DNA of 64,000 nucleotides, from positions 12,198-76,197 of the forward strand of contig JASHTS010000074.1 in NCBI GenBank assembly GCA_030040425.1, in the 5' to 3' direction. Shown here piece after piece: positions 10,040 through 21,313 of this stretch; position 1 is the first letter of the stretch; each line of letters starts with the position of its first letter. Under the pieces are notes generated by a model that saw only the letters and a list, made by a program, of their open reading frames with translations, did no database searches and was not told the DNA's origin. The stretch comes from Acidobacteriaceae bacterium. GTDB lineage: Bacteria > Acidobacteriota > Terriglobia > Terriglobales > Acidobacteriaceae. The position numbers and the translations under genes were made by a program.

Positions 10040-10188
10040 ACGTGCCTCGGAAGGTTTCTAAGCCGGGCACCAATCCTTCTCACTTATCTCTGAAAAAGCG
10101 GTCGAGCTGCTTTCCGAAGAACCTCGAGTTCGATGATCGCTGAATCTCGCTGCGCACGGGCTGGAGAAAGTGTGACCTGACCGGCGCG

Positions 10189-10230
10189 CAGTAACCGAAA
10201 TTTGACTTTCAGTAACTCGTACTTGACTTA
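10189..10230. promoter_or_regulatory. Tandem 21-bp direct repeat CAGTAAC-N6-TTGACTT in the divergent promoter region
   Basis: cagtaaccgaaatttgacttt followed by cagtaactcgtacttgactta. Confidence 0.55.
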
Positions 10231-10336
10231 CCTCGACTAAGCGGAATAAGGTGAGCGCAATTTCCCCTGAATGAATAACCGGTTTTCGGCGTGGCGGGTT
10301 TCGCACGCCTGCGGGCTTTCCGCAGAGGTTGTTGCC

Positions 10337-11518
10337 ATGAAGTCAGATGCTGAATGTGCCCGAGCAGACTGTTTGCAGAAGCTGGACGAGGACCAGCTCG
10401 CCTGGCTGGCGTTGGCATTGGCTCCCGGCCTGGGGCCGAAGCGGATTCTCGACGCAGTGAAGGAAATTGGAGCGCCAAGCCGGATCTTCGAGCTCAGATT
10501 GACGGAGCTCGAGGGTTTGCGGTTTCCAGCTGAGGCAGCGCAGTTCATCTTCGAAGGCAAAGCAAGGGCCGCGGCCGAGGCGGAATGGGCCCAGGTAGCG
10601 GCGCAGAATGCTTCCATAGTGACGTATGGATGCGAAGCGTATCCGGAGCAGTTGAGGGAGATCTACGATCCGCCACCAGTGCTTTGGGTGCGCGGCGAGG
10701 TTCGCCTGCTGAGCCGACCCGCAATTGCCGTGGTGGGAACGCGGCACCCGACGCCTTACGGCACCGGTGTGGCGGAGATGCTGGCCCGCGACCTGGCTGC
10801 GCGGCGCCTGTTGATCGTCAGCGGGATGGCGCGCGGGATCGATTCCTGTGCCCACAAGGGAGCCCTGGCTGCCCGGATGCCCACGGTGGCGGTATGGGGA
10901 ACCGGCATCGATGTGGTCTATCCCAAGGAAAACAAAAAACTCGCAGAGGAGATTCTTGCATTGGGCGGTGCCATCGTCAGCGAGCTTCCCATGGGAACCT
11001 TCCCGGCGCCGCAGAACTTTCCCCGCCGAAACCGGATCCTGAGCGGGCTTTGCCTGGCCGTGCTGGTGGTGGAAGCCGGCGAGAACTCGGGCACCCGCGT
11101 GACCGCCCGCTGCGCCGCCGAGCAGAACCGCGACCTGTTCGCCGTACCGGGCAACGTGACCAGCAAGGGATCGTGGACGCCTAACACATTGATAAAACAG
11201 GGCGCAAAGCTGGTGGCGACCTGGGAAGATGTGTGGGAGGAACTCACATCGGAGGTGCGCCTGCAACTGCAAGCCGAGGCCCCGGATGAATCGAAGCGGG
11301 AGACCCAGGCATCGTTATTGCCTGAACCGGTGCTGCGGGCCGAGGAAGCGATGGTGCTGGAGGTTCTGCGCGCTGACCAAAGTTTGCAGATCGACGAGAT
11401 TCTCGACCTCCTGGAGACGCAACTCACTTCTTCTGAAGTGTTTACGGCGCTCTTTGAGCTGGAGCTGACGGGACGGATTCGGTGCCTGCCGGGCAAGAAT
11501 TATGTGAAGACGCTGTAA
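10337..11518 (+). CDS. dprA: DNA-processing protein DprA
   Basis: YP..LREIYDPPPVL, VVGTR, IVSGMARGIDSCAH, NFPRRNRI, C-terminal winged helix; upstream of topA. Confidence 0.95.
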   Translation: MKSDAECARADCLQKLDEDQLAWLALALAPGLGPKRILDAVKEIGAPSRIFELRLTELEGLRFPAEAAQFIFEGKARAAAEAEWAQVAAQNASIVTYGCEAYPEQLREIYDPPPVLWVRGEVRLLSRPAIAVVGTRHPTPYGTGVAEMLARDLAARRLLIVSGMARGIDSCAHKGALAARMPTVAVWGTGIDVVYPKENKKLAEEILALGGAIVSELPMGTFPAPQNFPRRNRILSGLCLAVLVVEAGENSGTRVTARCAAEQNRDLFAVPGNVTSKGSWTPNTLIKQGAKLVATWEDVWEELTSEVRLQLQAEAPDESKRETQASLLPEPVLRAEEAMVLEVLRADQSLQIDEILDLLETQLTSSEVFTALFELELTGRIRCLPGKNYVKTL

Positions 11519-11984
11519 CATGGTATTGGTTATTCCGGGATTGCAGCTTCGGAGTCTGGGGCCTGCGCCGGACTCCGGCCCCCCAGCCGACGGTGCGGAA
11601 CGCGAGAAATTTCCGTTTCACCGTGCCGGAAGCAGTTTTTCCCCACCAAACTTGACTTCCAATCGAAGATTTGGAAGGGTTTAACGCGAGGACACGCCCT
11701 TCTGGAGGAATGGCGATTTGCGCCCGGAAACCTGTCGCCTGCTGAAAAACCGGCCCGCGTGCAGTGGAAATGAAGCAGCGATCCGTGATACGGTGCAAAC
11801 CTTGCAGGTTTGTTTTGCCTGCAGCGGAAGGGCCCGGGAGCGACTTTGGGGGGCGTGGAGCGATTTCAGTCATTCGATGAGCAGCAATAAACCAAGAGCC
11901 TGAGAATGAGTCGAACAGGACAAAAGATCGGGCCAGTCGAGACAGGGACGAGCAAGTCAAGAGATGGAGAAGAACTGAAGCAGA

Positions 11985-14672
11985 ATGGCAACGAGTAAAT
12001 CATTGGTGATCGTCGAATCCCCCGCGAAAGCAAAGACGATCGAGAAATACCTCGGCAAAGGGTTCGAAGTACGCGCGTCGGTTGGGCACATCATGGATCT
12101 GCCCAAGAACGAAATCGGCGTGGAGTTGAAGAAGCGGACGTTTGCGCCGGAGCTGGTGGTTTCTCCGGGCAAAGAGAAGGTGGTTGACCAGCTCAAGAAG
12201 CTGGGCGCCAAAGCCGACGAAATCTATCTTGCTCCCGATCCCGATCGCGAGGGCGAAGCCATTGCGTATCATCTGGCTCTGCAGCTGGGGACGAACGCCA
12301 AAGAGAGAAAGAAAATCCGCCGCGTGACCTTCAACGAGATCACGAAGAAGGCTGTGCAGGAGGCGTTCAATCATCCGCGCGACATCGACCAGAATCTTGT
12401 GGACGCGCAACAGACGCGGCGGGTGCTCGACCGCCTGGTGGGGTATCAGATTTCACCGCTTCTCTGGGACAAGGTGCGGCGCGGGCTTTCCGCAGGCCGC
12501 GTGCAGACGGTAGCGGTTCGTTTGATTGTCGAGCGCGAGCGGGAGATCACGGCCTTTCGCCCGGTTGAATACTGGACGATTGACGCGATTCTCCATCCCG
12601 AACACCAGGCCGATGCAAAGTTCAAGGCGCGGTTTATCGGCATCGACGGCGAGTCGGCGCGCGTGGCCAACGGCAAAGACAAAGACGGGAAAGAGCAATT
12701 CCTTTCGAGTGCGCTGCCGGACAAGAAGACCGCGGATTCGATTCTGGCCGATCTGAAGGAGGCAAGCTGGTGGATCGCATCAGTGCAGGCGCGCGAGCAG
12801 CAGCGACGGCCGCTGGCGCCGTTCATCACCAGCCAGCTGCAGCGCGATGCGGCGAACAAGCTGGGATTCAACGTGCGCCGCACCATGGGCGTGGCGCAGC
12901 GGCTATATGAAGGCGTGGAGATCGGCTCGGAAGGCACGACCGGCCTGATCACGTATATGCGCACGGATTCTCCGCGCATCGCGCCGGAAGCGATCACGGG
13001 CGCGCGCGAGTGGATCGCGAAAGAGCTGGGGCCGCAGTATCTGCCGGCTTCGCCCAACGAGTACCGCGGCAAGAAAGAGGCGCAGGACGCGCACGAGGCC
13101 ATCCGTCCAACGGATGCCGCACGGACGCCGGAGTCGCTTGCGCGCTACTTGAGCGACGAGCAGCTCAAACTGTACACGCTGATCTGGAAACGCTTCGTTG
13201 CTTCGCAGATGGTGCCCGCGGTCTACGACGTGACCACGGCCAATATTGCCGCGAAGGCGAAGCGGTCCGGCAGGACGTACGACTTCCGCGTGAGCGGCTC
13301 GGTGCTGCGCTTTGACGGATTCCTGAAGGTTTACGAAGTCTCAGAAGAAAAGAGGAACGAAGACGATGAGACGGCCAACCGGCTGCCCAGCCTGGATGGC
13401 GTGACCGCGCTGGGACTGAATGAGCTCTTGCCGGAGGAGCACGCCACGCAGCCGCCTCCGCGGTACAACGAGGCTTCGCTGGTGAAGGAACTGGAAGAGC
13501 GGGGAATCGGGCGACCCTCGACGTACGCTTCGATCATCAATACCATCCAGGACCGCGAATACGTGGTGAAGCATGGAGGCTCGCGCGGGCGGTTTTATCC
13601 GACGGAGATCGGCGTCGTGGTGTGCGATCTCCTGGTGGAGAATTTTCCTTACATTTTCGACACCGCGTACACGGCCAAGCTGGAGACGGAGCTCGACGAC
13701 ATTGAAGAAGGCACGGAGAAGTGGACCGACCTGCTCAACGGTTTTTACGGATACTTTGAGAAAGAGCTGAAAACGGCGGGCAAGAAGATGCGCAACATCA
13801 AGCGCATGGAGGAAGTGACGAACGAGAAGTGCGAGCTGTGCGGATCTCCCCTGGTTTTGAAGTGGGGCAAGTTCGGCACCTTCTACGCCTGCTCGGCCTA
13901 CAACAAAAAGGACCCGACGAGCTGCACGTTCACCAAAGAGAACATCGCCTCCAAGCCGGACCTGAATACGCCCGAGGCGCAGGAAGCGGGCGACACGGAG
14001 GAGTACTGCGAAAACTGCGGCAAAGTGATGGTGATGCGCCGCGGGCTCTTCGGGCCGTTCATGGCCTGCCCAGACTACAACGCCGATCCGCCGTGCCGGA
14101 CCTTCCGCAAGCTGAGCCAGAAGCAGCAGCAGAAGCCGCCCGAGCCCACGGGCGAAGATTGTCCGGTGTGCGGAAAGCCGCTGGTGTTGCGGCAGGGCGC
14201 CTACGGGGAGTTCGTCTCCTGTTCCGGTTACCCGAAATGCAAATACGTGAAGCAGAACTTGATTGAAGGCATGAAGTGCCCCAAGTGCGGCGAAGGTGAC
14301 ATTGCCGAACGCAAAGCACGGCGCGGGAACGTGTTCTGGGGATGCACGAATTACCCGAAGTGCGACTTCACTTCGAATCTGAAGCCAGTGGCGAAGAAAT
14401 GCCCGCAGTGCGGCAGCCCGTACCTGGTGGAAAAGACGCTCAAGAGCGGCGTGTTTCTCGAATGCCCGAACAAGAAAAAGGGCGCGGAGGAAGAGGCAGC
14501 GCCGAAGAAGCGCGGGAAAAAGACCGCGGCGGTGGCGGACGCGGAAGAGAAGAAAGTGGTGTGCACCTATTCGAAGCGCATCGGCGATGCACCGCCCCCG
14601 CCTACGGCTGAAACGCACGGGCCGCTTCCGGAAAAGAGCAGGGAAGAGAAGCACGAATTACAGCCGGCGTAA
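11985..14672 (+). CDS. topA: DNA topoisomerase I
   Basis: LVIVESPAKAKTI, DPDREGE, SAGRVQ, ITYMRTD, GIGRPSTY; five C4 zinc ribbons. Confidence 0.98.
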   Translation: MATSKSLVIVESPAKAKTIEKYLGKGFEVRASVGHIMDLPKNEIGVELKKRTFAPELVVSPGKEKVVDQLKKLGAKADEIYLAPDPDREGEAIAYHLALQLGTNAKERKKIRRVTFNEITKKAVQEAFNHPRDIDQNLVDAQQTRRVLDRLVGYQISPLLWDKVRRGLSAGRVQTVAVRLIVEREREITAFRPVEYWTIDAILHPEHQADAKFKARFIGIDGESARVANGKDKDGKEQFLSSALPDKKTADSILADLKEASWWIASVQAREQQRRPLAPFITSQLQRDAANKLGFNVRRTMGVAQRLYEGVEIGSEGTTGLITYMRTDSPRIAPEAITGAREWIAKELGPQYLPASPNEYRGKKEAQDAHEAIRPTDAARTPESLARYLSDEQLKLYTLIWKRFVASQMVPAVYDVTTANIAAKAKRSGRTYDFRVSGSVLRFDGFLKVYEVSEEKRNEDDETANRLPSLDGVTALGLNELLPEEHATQPPPRYNEASLVKELEERGIGRPSTYASIINTIQDREYVVKHGGSRGRFYPTEIGVVVCDLLVENFPYIFDTAYTAKLETELDDIEEGTEKWTDLLNGFYGYFEKELKTAGKKMRNIKRMEEVTNEKCELCGSPLVLKWGKFGTFYACSAYNKKDPTSCTFTKENIASKPDLNTPEAQEAGDTEEYCENCGKVMVMRRGLFGPFMACPDYNADPPCRTFRKLSQKQQQKPPEPTGEDCPVCGKPLVLRQGAYGEFVSCSGYPKCKYVKQNLIEGMKCPKCGEGDIAERKARRGNVFWGCTNYPKCDFTSNLKPVAKKCPQCGSPYLVEKTLKSGVFLECPNKKKGAEEEAAPKKRGKKTAAVADAEEKKVVCTYSKRIGDAPPPPTAETHGPLPEKSREEKHELQPA

Positions 14673-14678
14673 GAGGGC

Positions 14679-14765
14679 ATGAAAGACATCGTGCTGCTGG
14701 GAGGGCCGAACGGCACGGTGTATGACATCAAAGGAACTCCACAAGGCGATCTGGCAGGGGCCTAG
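14679..14765 (+). pseudogene. Internally deleted remnant of a zeta-toxin-like P-loop ATPase
   Basis: GAGGG SD + ATG; MKDIVLLGGPNG-TVYD...; Walker A broken after GPNG; only 28 codons. Confidence 0.5.
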
Positions 14766-14919
14766 GGAGGTTTCTCGCCGAGTGGCTTGCGGCAAGCTCG
14801 ATCAATCCGGCCGCTATTACACTGGCGAAGAACTGGCCGCAGGCGCGACGACGGGCGAACTCAAGAAGGCGGGGGATCGGAAAACGGCAAATAACCCAAA
14901 GGCCGCACCCGCTGCGTAG
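14722..14919 (+). CDS. Small hypothetical protein (possible partner of the ATPase remnant, may be degraded)
   Basis: 65-aa ORF overlapping the remnant. Confidence 0.3.
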   Translation: MTSKELHKAIWQGPREVSRRVACGKLDQSGRYYTGEELAAGATTGELKKAGDRKTANNPKAAPAA

Positions 14920-14966
14920 CGTCCACTCATCCTTGATAGACTTTTAAGGTTTTCAAGGAGGAAGAA

Positions 14967-16454
14967 CTGAAAGCTGCGCAGAATCCGTACGACGTAATCG
15001 CCTATCCCGGCCATTCCTACTCCGACACACATCCCAGCAACCTGGCGTCGATGGCGATCCTGCATGGGCTTTCGCCTGCCCCGGTCGAGCGCAGCCGCGT
15101 GCTTGAGATTGCATGCTATGACGGCGCCAATCTGATTCCCATGGCTTATGCAATTCCGGCAAGCGAGTTCGTGGGGTTCGACCTGGCCGGAGCGCCGATT
15201 GAGCGGGGACAATCTCGGGTGCGCGAGCTTGGCCTCAACAATGTACGCCTGTTCCAGGGCGACGTGCTCGAGGTGGGCGCGGAGATGGGCCGGTTCGACT
15301 ACATCATCGCTCACGGCATCTACGCCTGGGCGCCGGAGCCGGTGCGGGATCGCGTGCTCGGCCTGTGCTCCGAATTGCTCACCGAACATGGCATCGCCTT
15401 CGTCAGCTACAACGCCATGCCCGCCGGCTACATGCGCCTGATGCTTCGCGACATGATGCTCTTTCGCACGCAGGACAGCGAGGACTCATTGAAACGCGTG
15501 GAAGAGGCGATGGCTTTTCTCCGTCTTGTCTGCGAGTCGAGACCCGAAAAAGACCCCTTGCGTTCCATGCTTGACGCTCAATTGAAGCGGATGAATAAGC
15601 CCGATCTTGGCTTGGTGCGGCACGACGAGATGTCGGATGCCTACCAGCCTGTGTACTTCATGGAACTGGCTCGCCACGCAGAGAGACACGGATTGCAATA
15701 TCTTTGCGAATCCGTGCTGCCTCCGCCGCCCGATCCCGCATACCGGGCGGAGATCGACCAGGCCGTGGAGAGCGCCGCCGGCGGAGATTTTCTGCGCAAG
15801 GAGCAGCTCCTGGATTTCCTGCGCATGCGCGCGTACCGGGAGACGCTATTGTGCAGGAAGGAGCGGGTAGTGCGGCGCGATTTTCCCGCGGAGAGTTTCC
15901 GGCATCTGCTGTTTGCATCGCAGACCGCACAGGCCGAAGGTGAAAAGCCAAGCGCAACCGCCTTCGTGCTTCCGGGCGGAATCAAGATGGAATCGAATCA
16001 CGCGGGGGCGACGGCGCTGCTTCGGGAGCTGGGGAAAGCCTGGCCCTACGCGTTGAGCTGGGAGAGCCTGGAGCCACACCTGGCCGGAACGGGACTTACG
16101 CTCGATGCGCAGGGCGTGGCATTGCTTGTGCGCCTGGCCATTTCCCGGATGATCGAATTTCGCACCTGGAATCCCTCGCTGGCTCGCACCATTCCGGAGC
16201 GGCCCAAGGCGAGCGTGGTGAGCCGGCTGGAGGCTCACACCCGCGACCGATGCACCTCGCTGCTGCATCTGCTGGTGAGCCTCGACGATGCCAAGGTGAA
16301 AATTCTGCTCAAGCTGCTCGATGGCACGCGCACGCGTGCAGAGCTGGCGAAAGACATGGCCGCGGAGTTCCCCGATGCGCCCTTCGCAGACCTCGAGGAG
16401 GGGATCGCGGACGCTCTCGTGAATATGCAGCGAAGCGGTATTCTCGAGGGCTGA
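14967..16454 (+). CDS. Class I SAM methyltransferase with methyltransferase-regulatory domain (probable CTG start)
   Basis: YDVIAYPGHSYSDTHP N-terminal motif, VLEIACYDGANL, FDYIIAHGIYAW, VSYNAMP, YRETLLCR; AAGGAGG 5 nt before CTG. Confidence 0.85.
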   Translation: MKAAQNPYDVIAYPGHSYSDTHPSNLASMAILHGLSPAPVERSRVLEIACYDGANLIPMAYAIPASEFVGFDLAGAPIERGQSRVRELGLNNVRLFQGDVLEVGAEMGRFDYIIAHGIYAWAPEPVRDRVLGLCSELLTEHGIAFVSYNAMPAGYMRLMLRDMMLFRTQDSEDSLKRVEEAMAFLRLVCESRPEKDPLRSMLDAQLKRMNKPDLGLVRHDEMSDAYQPVYFMELARHAERHGLQYLCESVLPPPPDPAYRAEIDQAVESAAGGDFLRKEQLLDFLRMRAYRETLLCRKERVVRRDFPAESFRHLLFASQTAQAEGEKPSATAFVLPGGIKMESNHAGATALLRELGKAWPYALSWESLEPHLAGTGLTLDAQGVALLVRLAISRMIEFRTWNPSLARTIPERPKASVVSRLEAHTRDRCTSLLHLLVSLDDAKVKILLKLLDGTRTRAELAKDMAAEFPDAPFADLEEGIADALVNMQRSGILEG

Positions 16455-16539
16455 AGCAAACCGGGAGGCGCGGCAGGAGATCGATGGCGACATGCCTTCC
16501 GGCAATCTTGTAGTATGGGACGCAGCAGAAAGGCTTCCC

Positions 16540-16983
16540 ATGGAGCGAATGCTGGCCAGCCCCGCCGATGCGGAGATCATCCTGAAGCTCTACGCGCTGC
16601 GCACGGAAGCGGTGATGCGGCAAGCGCGCGCGTGGGTGACGGGAGAGTTCTGGCCGAAGACGGCGGAAGAATATTTCGCGGTATTGGAGAATCCCCGCGA
16701 TCCGCACAATCCTTGGCTACGGCAGGTAACCACCTATTGGGAGATGGCCGCTGCCCTGGTGCTGCACGGTGCGGTATCGGCCGAGTTGTTCGTCGATTGC
16801 AATGGGGAAGGCTTCTTTCTGCTGGCCAAGTTTGCGCCCATTCTCGAGGCCATTCGGGAAAAATATCCGGCCTTTCTGTCGAAGACGGGCGAACTGGTGA
16901 ACCGGTTTTCGGCGGCGGCGCAGCGCTATGAGGCGACGGTCAAGCGTATCGAGGCGACGCGCGGCAGGCTGGCTACGAAATAA
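16540..16983 (+). CDS. Conserved hypothetical protein (DUF4760-like)
   Basis: DAEIILKLYALR.E..MR.AR.W; RQVTTYWEMAA. Confidence 0.7.
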   Translation: MERMLASPADAEIILKLYALRTEAVMRQARAWVTGEFWPKTAEEYFAVLENPRDPHNPWLRQVTTYWEMAAALVLHGAVSAELFVDCNGEGFFLLAKFAPILEAIREKYPAFLSKTGELVNRFSAAAQRYEATVKRIEATRGRLATK

Positions 16984-17111
16984 GTTCCGTCGCCACGACA
17001 TGTGCCGGCGGACTCGATGACAATTCGCTGACATTGTTTCTCTTGTATAAAATCAGCGGCGAAAGGCATGATAGGAGAGGGTTACCGATCTCGATTCCCG
17101 CGGAGGTAGCG

Positions 17112-17435
17112 ATGAAGCGTTTTCTGGCAGTAGCAGCAGCGGCGTTTGCCCTTACCATACCGGCTGCGCGGGCAGCCGATTCAACCCAGATCAACGGCTG
17201 GATTTCCGATTCGATGTGCGGCGCCAAACATGCGGGCAGCGGCGCCGCGTGCGTGAAAGGCTGCATCAAGAACGGAGAAAAGCCGGTGTTTGTGGATGAG
17301 GCCAAGAAGCAGGTCTGGGCGATCGACAATCCGGATGCGGTGAAGGATTTTTACGGGGACCACGTGACGGTGAGCGCAACCGTCAATTCGGACAAGATGA
17401 GCGTGCATATCGATTCCATTGCCGAAGCCAAGTAG
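17112..17435 (+). CDS. Small secreted Cys-containing protein
   Basis: GGAGG SD, signal peptide (ARA/AD), GWISDSMCGAKH...CVKGC. Confidence 0.8.
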   Translation: MKRFLAVAAAAFALTIPAARAADSTQINGWISDSMCGAKHAGSGAACVKGCIKNGEKPVFVDEAKKQVWAIDNPDAVKDFYGDHVTVSATVNSDKMSVHIDSIAEAK

Positions 17436-17675
17436 CGGCGGCGCGGGCGCCGAAGCCGGGTTCGGCTCCAGAGTTTGAGGGCGCGGACGCGGGACCGGGC
17501 GATGGCGCGCCGGCCCGTTGCCTGTTGCGCGAAAGCCAGGGGGACTCGCCACAAGTCGGCGATCTCTGGTAGTGTCGTATCCGTTGACCCTTTTCGGGCG
17601 CGGCGAAGCTGTCCCGCGAGGGGGTGGGGCTCGCCTGCGGGCGACCGGAATCCTCTGAAATCGACCAAGAGCGAC

Positions 17676-17960
17676 ATGGCGCGAGCGATCTGGAACGGCA
17701 AAGTCGTTGCCGAAAGCAATCAAACCGAAGAAGTGGAAGGGAATGTCTACTTTCCCGAATCCAGCCTGAAGCGGGAGTACTTTCGGCCCAGCAGTACTAC
17801 CTCCACATGCCCCTGGAAAGGCCAGGCACGGTACATGAGCCTGATGATCGACGGCCAGGACAACCAGGACGCGGCCTGGTATTATCCCGATCCCAAGCCG
17901 GCGGCGCGCAAGATCAAGGGTTATGTAGCCTTCTGGCGCGGCGTGGAAGTGGAGAAGTGA
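17676..17960 (+). CDS. DUF427 family protein
   Basis: VEGNVYFP, TCPWKG.A.Y, AAWYYPDPK, IKGYVAFW. Confidence 0.9.
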   Translation: MARAIWNGKVVAESNQTEEVEGNVYFPESSLKREYFRPSSTTSTCPWKGQARYMSLMIDGQDNQDAAWYYPDPKPAARKIKGYVAFWRGVEVEK

Positions 17961-18478
17961 AGGACAGGGATCAGCGTTCAGGGATCAGGGTTCAGCACAG
18001 ACAGAAGAGCCATGGGTCGCGTTGGCTGCTGGCGTGCGCGCTCAGCGCGGCGGTTTTTGCAGGGTGCGCGCACCCGGCGCAAGCGCCTGCGGCGGCCGCG
18101 GCCGCGCCGCCCGCTCTTGCGGGCGATTCTGCGCATCCGGGACACGCCCAGGGGTGGGTGGAGACGAAGCTCTACTTCGGGCTCGGCCCCGCCGACGATC
18201 TCGCCAGAGGCGTGAGCGAAGCGGCATGGCGCGAGTTTCTCGACAAGGAAGTGACGCCGCGGTTTCCTGACGGGCTGAGCGTTCTGGACGTCTACGGGCA
18301 ATGGCGCGGCCAGGGCGGCGGCCGCGTTGAGCGGGAACGCTCCAAGCTCCTGATCATCGAGCACCCCGATACCGCGGAAGATCACAGCAAGCTGGAAGCC
18401 ATTCGATCGGCGTGGAAGACGCGGACCGGGGACCAGTCCGTGCTGATGGTGACGATGCCGGCGGATGTTTCTTTTTGA
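17957..18478 (+). CDS. DUF3574 family lipoprotein
   Basis: Lipobox FAGC; TKLYFG, FLDKEVTPRFPDGLSV, QSVL; GTG overlaps upstream TGA. Confidence 0.8.
   Translation: MKDRDQRSGIRVQHRQKSHGSRWLLACALSAAVFAGCAHPAQAPAAAAAAPPALAGDSAHPGHAQGWVETKLYFGLGPADDLARGVSEAAWREFLDKEVTPRFPDGLSVLDVYGQWRGQGGGRVERERSKLLIIEHPDTAEDHSKLEAIRSAWKTRTGDQSVLMVTMPADVSF
17965..17995 (+). repeat. Tandem heptamer repeat (CAGGGAT-like)
   Basis: CAGGGAT CAGCGTT CAGGGAT CAGGGTT. Confidence 0.75.
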
Positions 18479-18692
18479 GCGAAGCGCGGCGGATTCCCGG
18501 GTTCGAAATGCGCGCGCCCAGGTTTCCCGATCTTTTTGGGGATGATGCCCAAGGAAGTGGGCGTCGGCTTTTTCAGCAGCGTGAAGGCCGATGCTCCCTC
18601 CGGCGAGCCCGGCGAAGGACTGGAATTGTGGCACACTGGAGGGACGCGGCTTTCCGGGGGTGCGGCGCGGGCGCAAGAGAGGTGCAGCGGCG

Positions 18693-19322
18693 ATGAAGAA
18701 CCTGTCAAAGGCGCGGAGACGGGCGCTGGGAGTGGTGGCGCTGTCGCTGGCGGTGCATTTTGCCTTATCGACGATTGCGTGGATCGGGGCTTCGCTGCAT
18801 CGGAAGCCGGCGCCAGTGGTGCAGGCGGAGATGAAGTTCTATCCCGCGGCTCTGTTCCTGCCGGGAGGCGCGCATGTGAAGGCGAGCAAGCTGCCGGCGG
18901 GACGGAAGAAGCACGTGCCTGCGGCGAACAGAATCAGCACCGACCTGGCCATGAGCGCGAAGGCAGCGCCGCCGGCGGGCCATCCGGTAGCCGCGGACCA
19001 CGCGCCGATGGCGGGGAATGGATCCGATACGGCGAGCGCGGACCCGGCGTACCCGATCTTTTCGCCGCGCCCCGAGGTAACGGACCGGAGGCTGTTGCCG
19101 GCCACGGACAAGCAGGTGATTGTGGACGTGAAAGTGAGCGCGGCGGGCGAAGTGCTCGAAGCCACGCTGGTGGAGGGGTTGGGGAACGCGCTGGATACGG
19201 TTGTTCTGGCCACGGTGAAGACTTGGCGCTTTCATCCGGCCATGATGCACGGCAATCCGGTGCCCACGGAGGCTGAGTTGATCTTCCCCTTCAGTGAGCG
19301 GACGGTGACGGAGCCGTCGTGA
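18693..19322 (+). CDS. TonB C-terminal domain protein
   Basis: TM with SLAVH, linker, VIVDVKVSAAGEV...VKTWRFHPA...GNPV. Confidence 0.8.
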   Translation: MKNLSKARRRALGVVALSLAVHFALSTIAWIGASLHRKPAPVVQAEMKFYPAALFLPGGAHVKASKLPAGRKKHVPAANRISTDLAMSAKAAPPAGHPVAADHAPMAGNGSDTASADPAYPIFSPRPEVTDRRLLPATDKQVIVDVKVSAAGEVLEATLVEGLGNALDTVVLATVKTWRFHPAMMHGNPVPTEAELIFPFSERTVTEPS

Positions 19323-19327
19323 AGGCG

Positions 19328-19359
19328 CAGGGGTCAGGGTTCAGGGATCAGGGGTCAGG
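19328..19359 (+). repeat. Tandem heptamer repeat (CAGGGAT-like)
   Basis: CAGGGGT CAGGGTT CAGGGAT CAGGGGT. Confidence 0.8.
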
Positions 19360-19442
19360 AGGGCGACCGCAGATCCCAATCGATTTGGTCGCTGATGCGC
19401 CCTCGTTCAGTTTGACAACGCAGTCAGCGCGCAGGCCGAGGC

Positions 19443-19594
19443 TTCCCGTCTTCACATCAAAGTGAACAGAAAGGGTGGGGCAACAAGCTCCGTGCCTAAA
19501 GGCCCCGTCTCGTCATGTGCGGCGCCGTCAGAGGCCTGTAGGCCCCTGCTCCCTCCGATGGCCCTTGTTCCCTCGATCCCTTGCTCCCTTGCTC
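19443..19594. repeat. Composite intergenic repeat cluster (families B and C, plus CCCTTGC heptamers)
   Basis: TTCCCG...GGGTGGGGCAAC, then GCCTAAAGGC...GGCCTGTAGGCC, then cccttgt/ccctcga/cccttgc units. Confidence 0.6.
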
Positions 19595-19603
19595 GCGGCT
19601 TTT

Positions 19604-21085
<1,482 letters not shown>

Positions 21086-21313
21086 CCGGGACCTCCGTGA
21101 GGCACAGCTCAAGGATAGACGAATGGGGGAGTTCGTGCGGGAAGAATGAGCCGGAGGCCAGCGAGTCAGCAAGTCCGCAAGCCGGCGATTTAGCGAGTTG
21201 GCAGGTTAGCGAGTTCGCGTCCGCTCGAGCGGACGTTGTCTGGTTGGCGGGGTTCGTGCTTTTCCGCGCTTTTCGCAAAAAACGCGAAAAAGGATAGGGC
21301 GAGGAGCAAGGGT

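Noticed and set aside
18629-18645. Sigma-54 promoter at TGGCAC upstream of the TonB gene
   Set aside because: No TTGC at the -12 position
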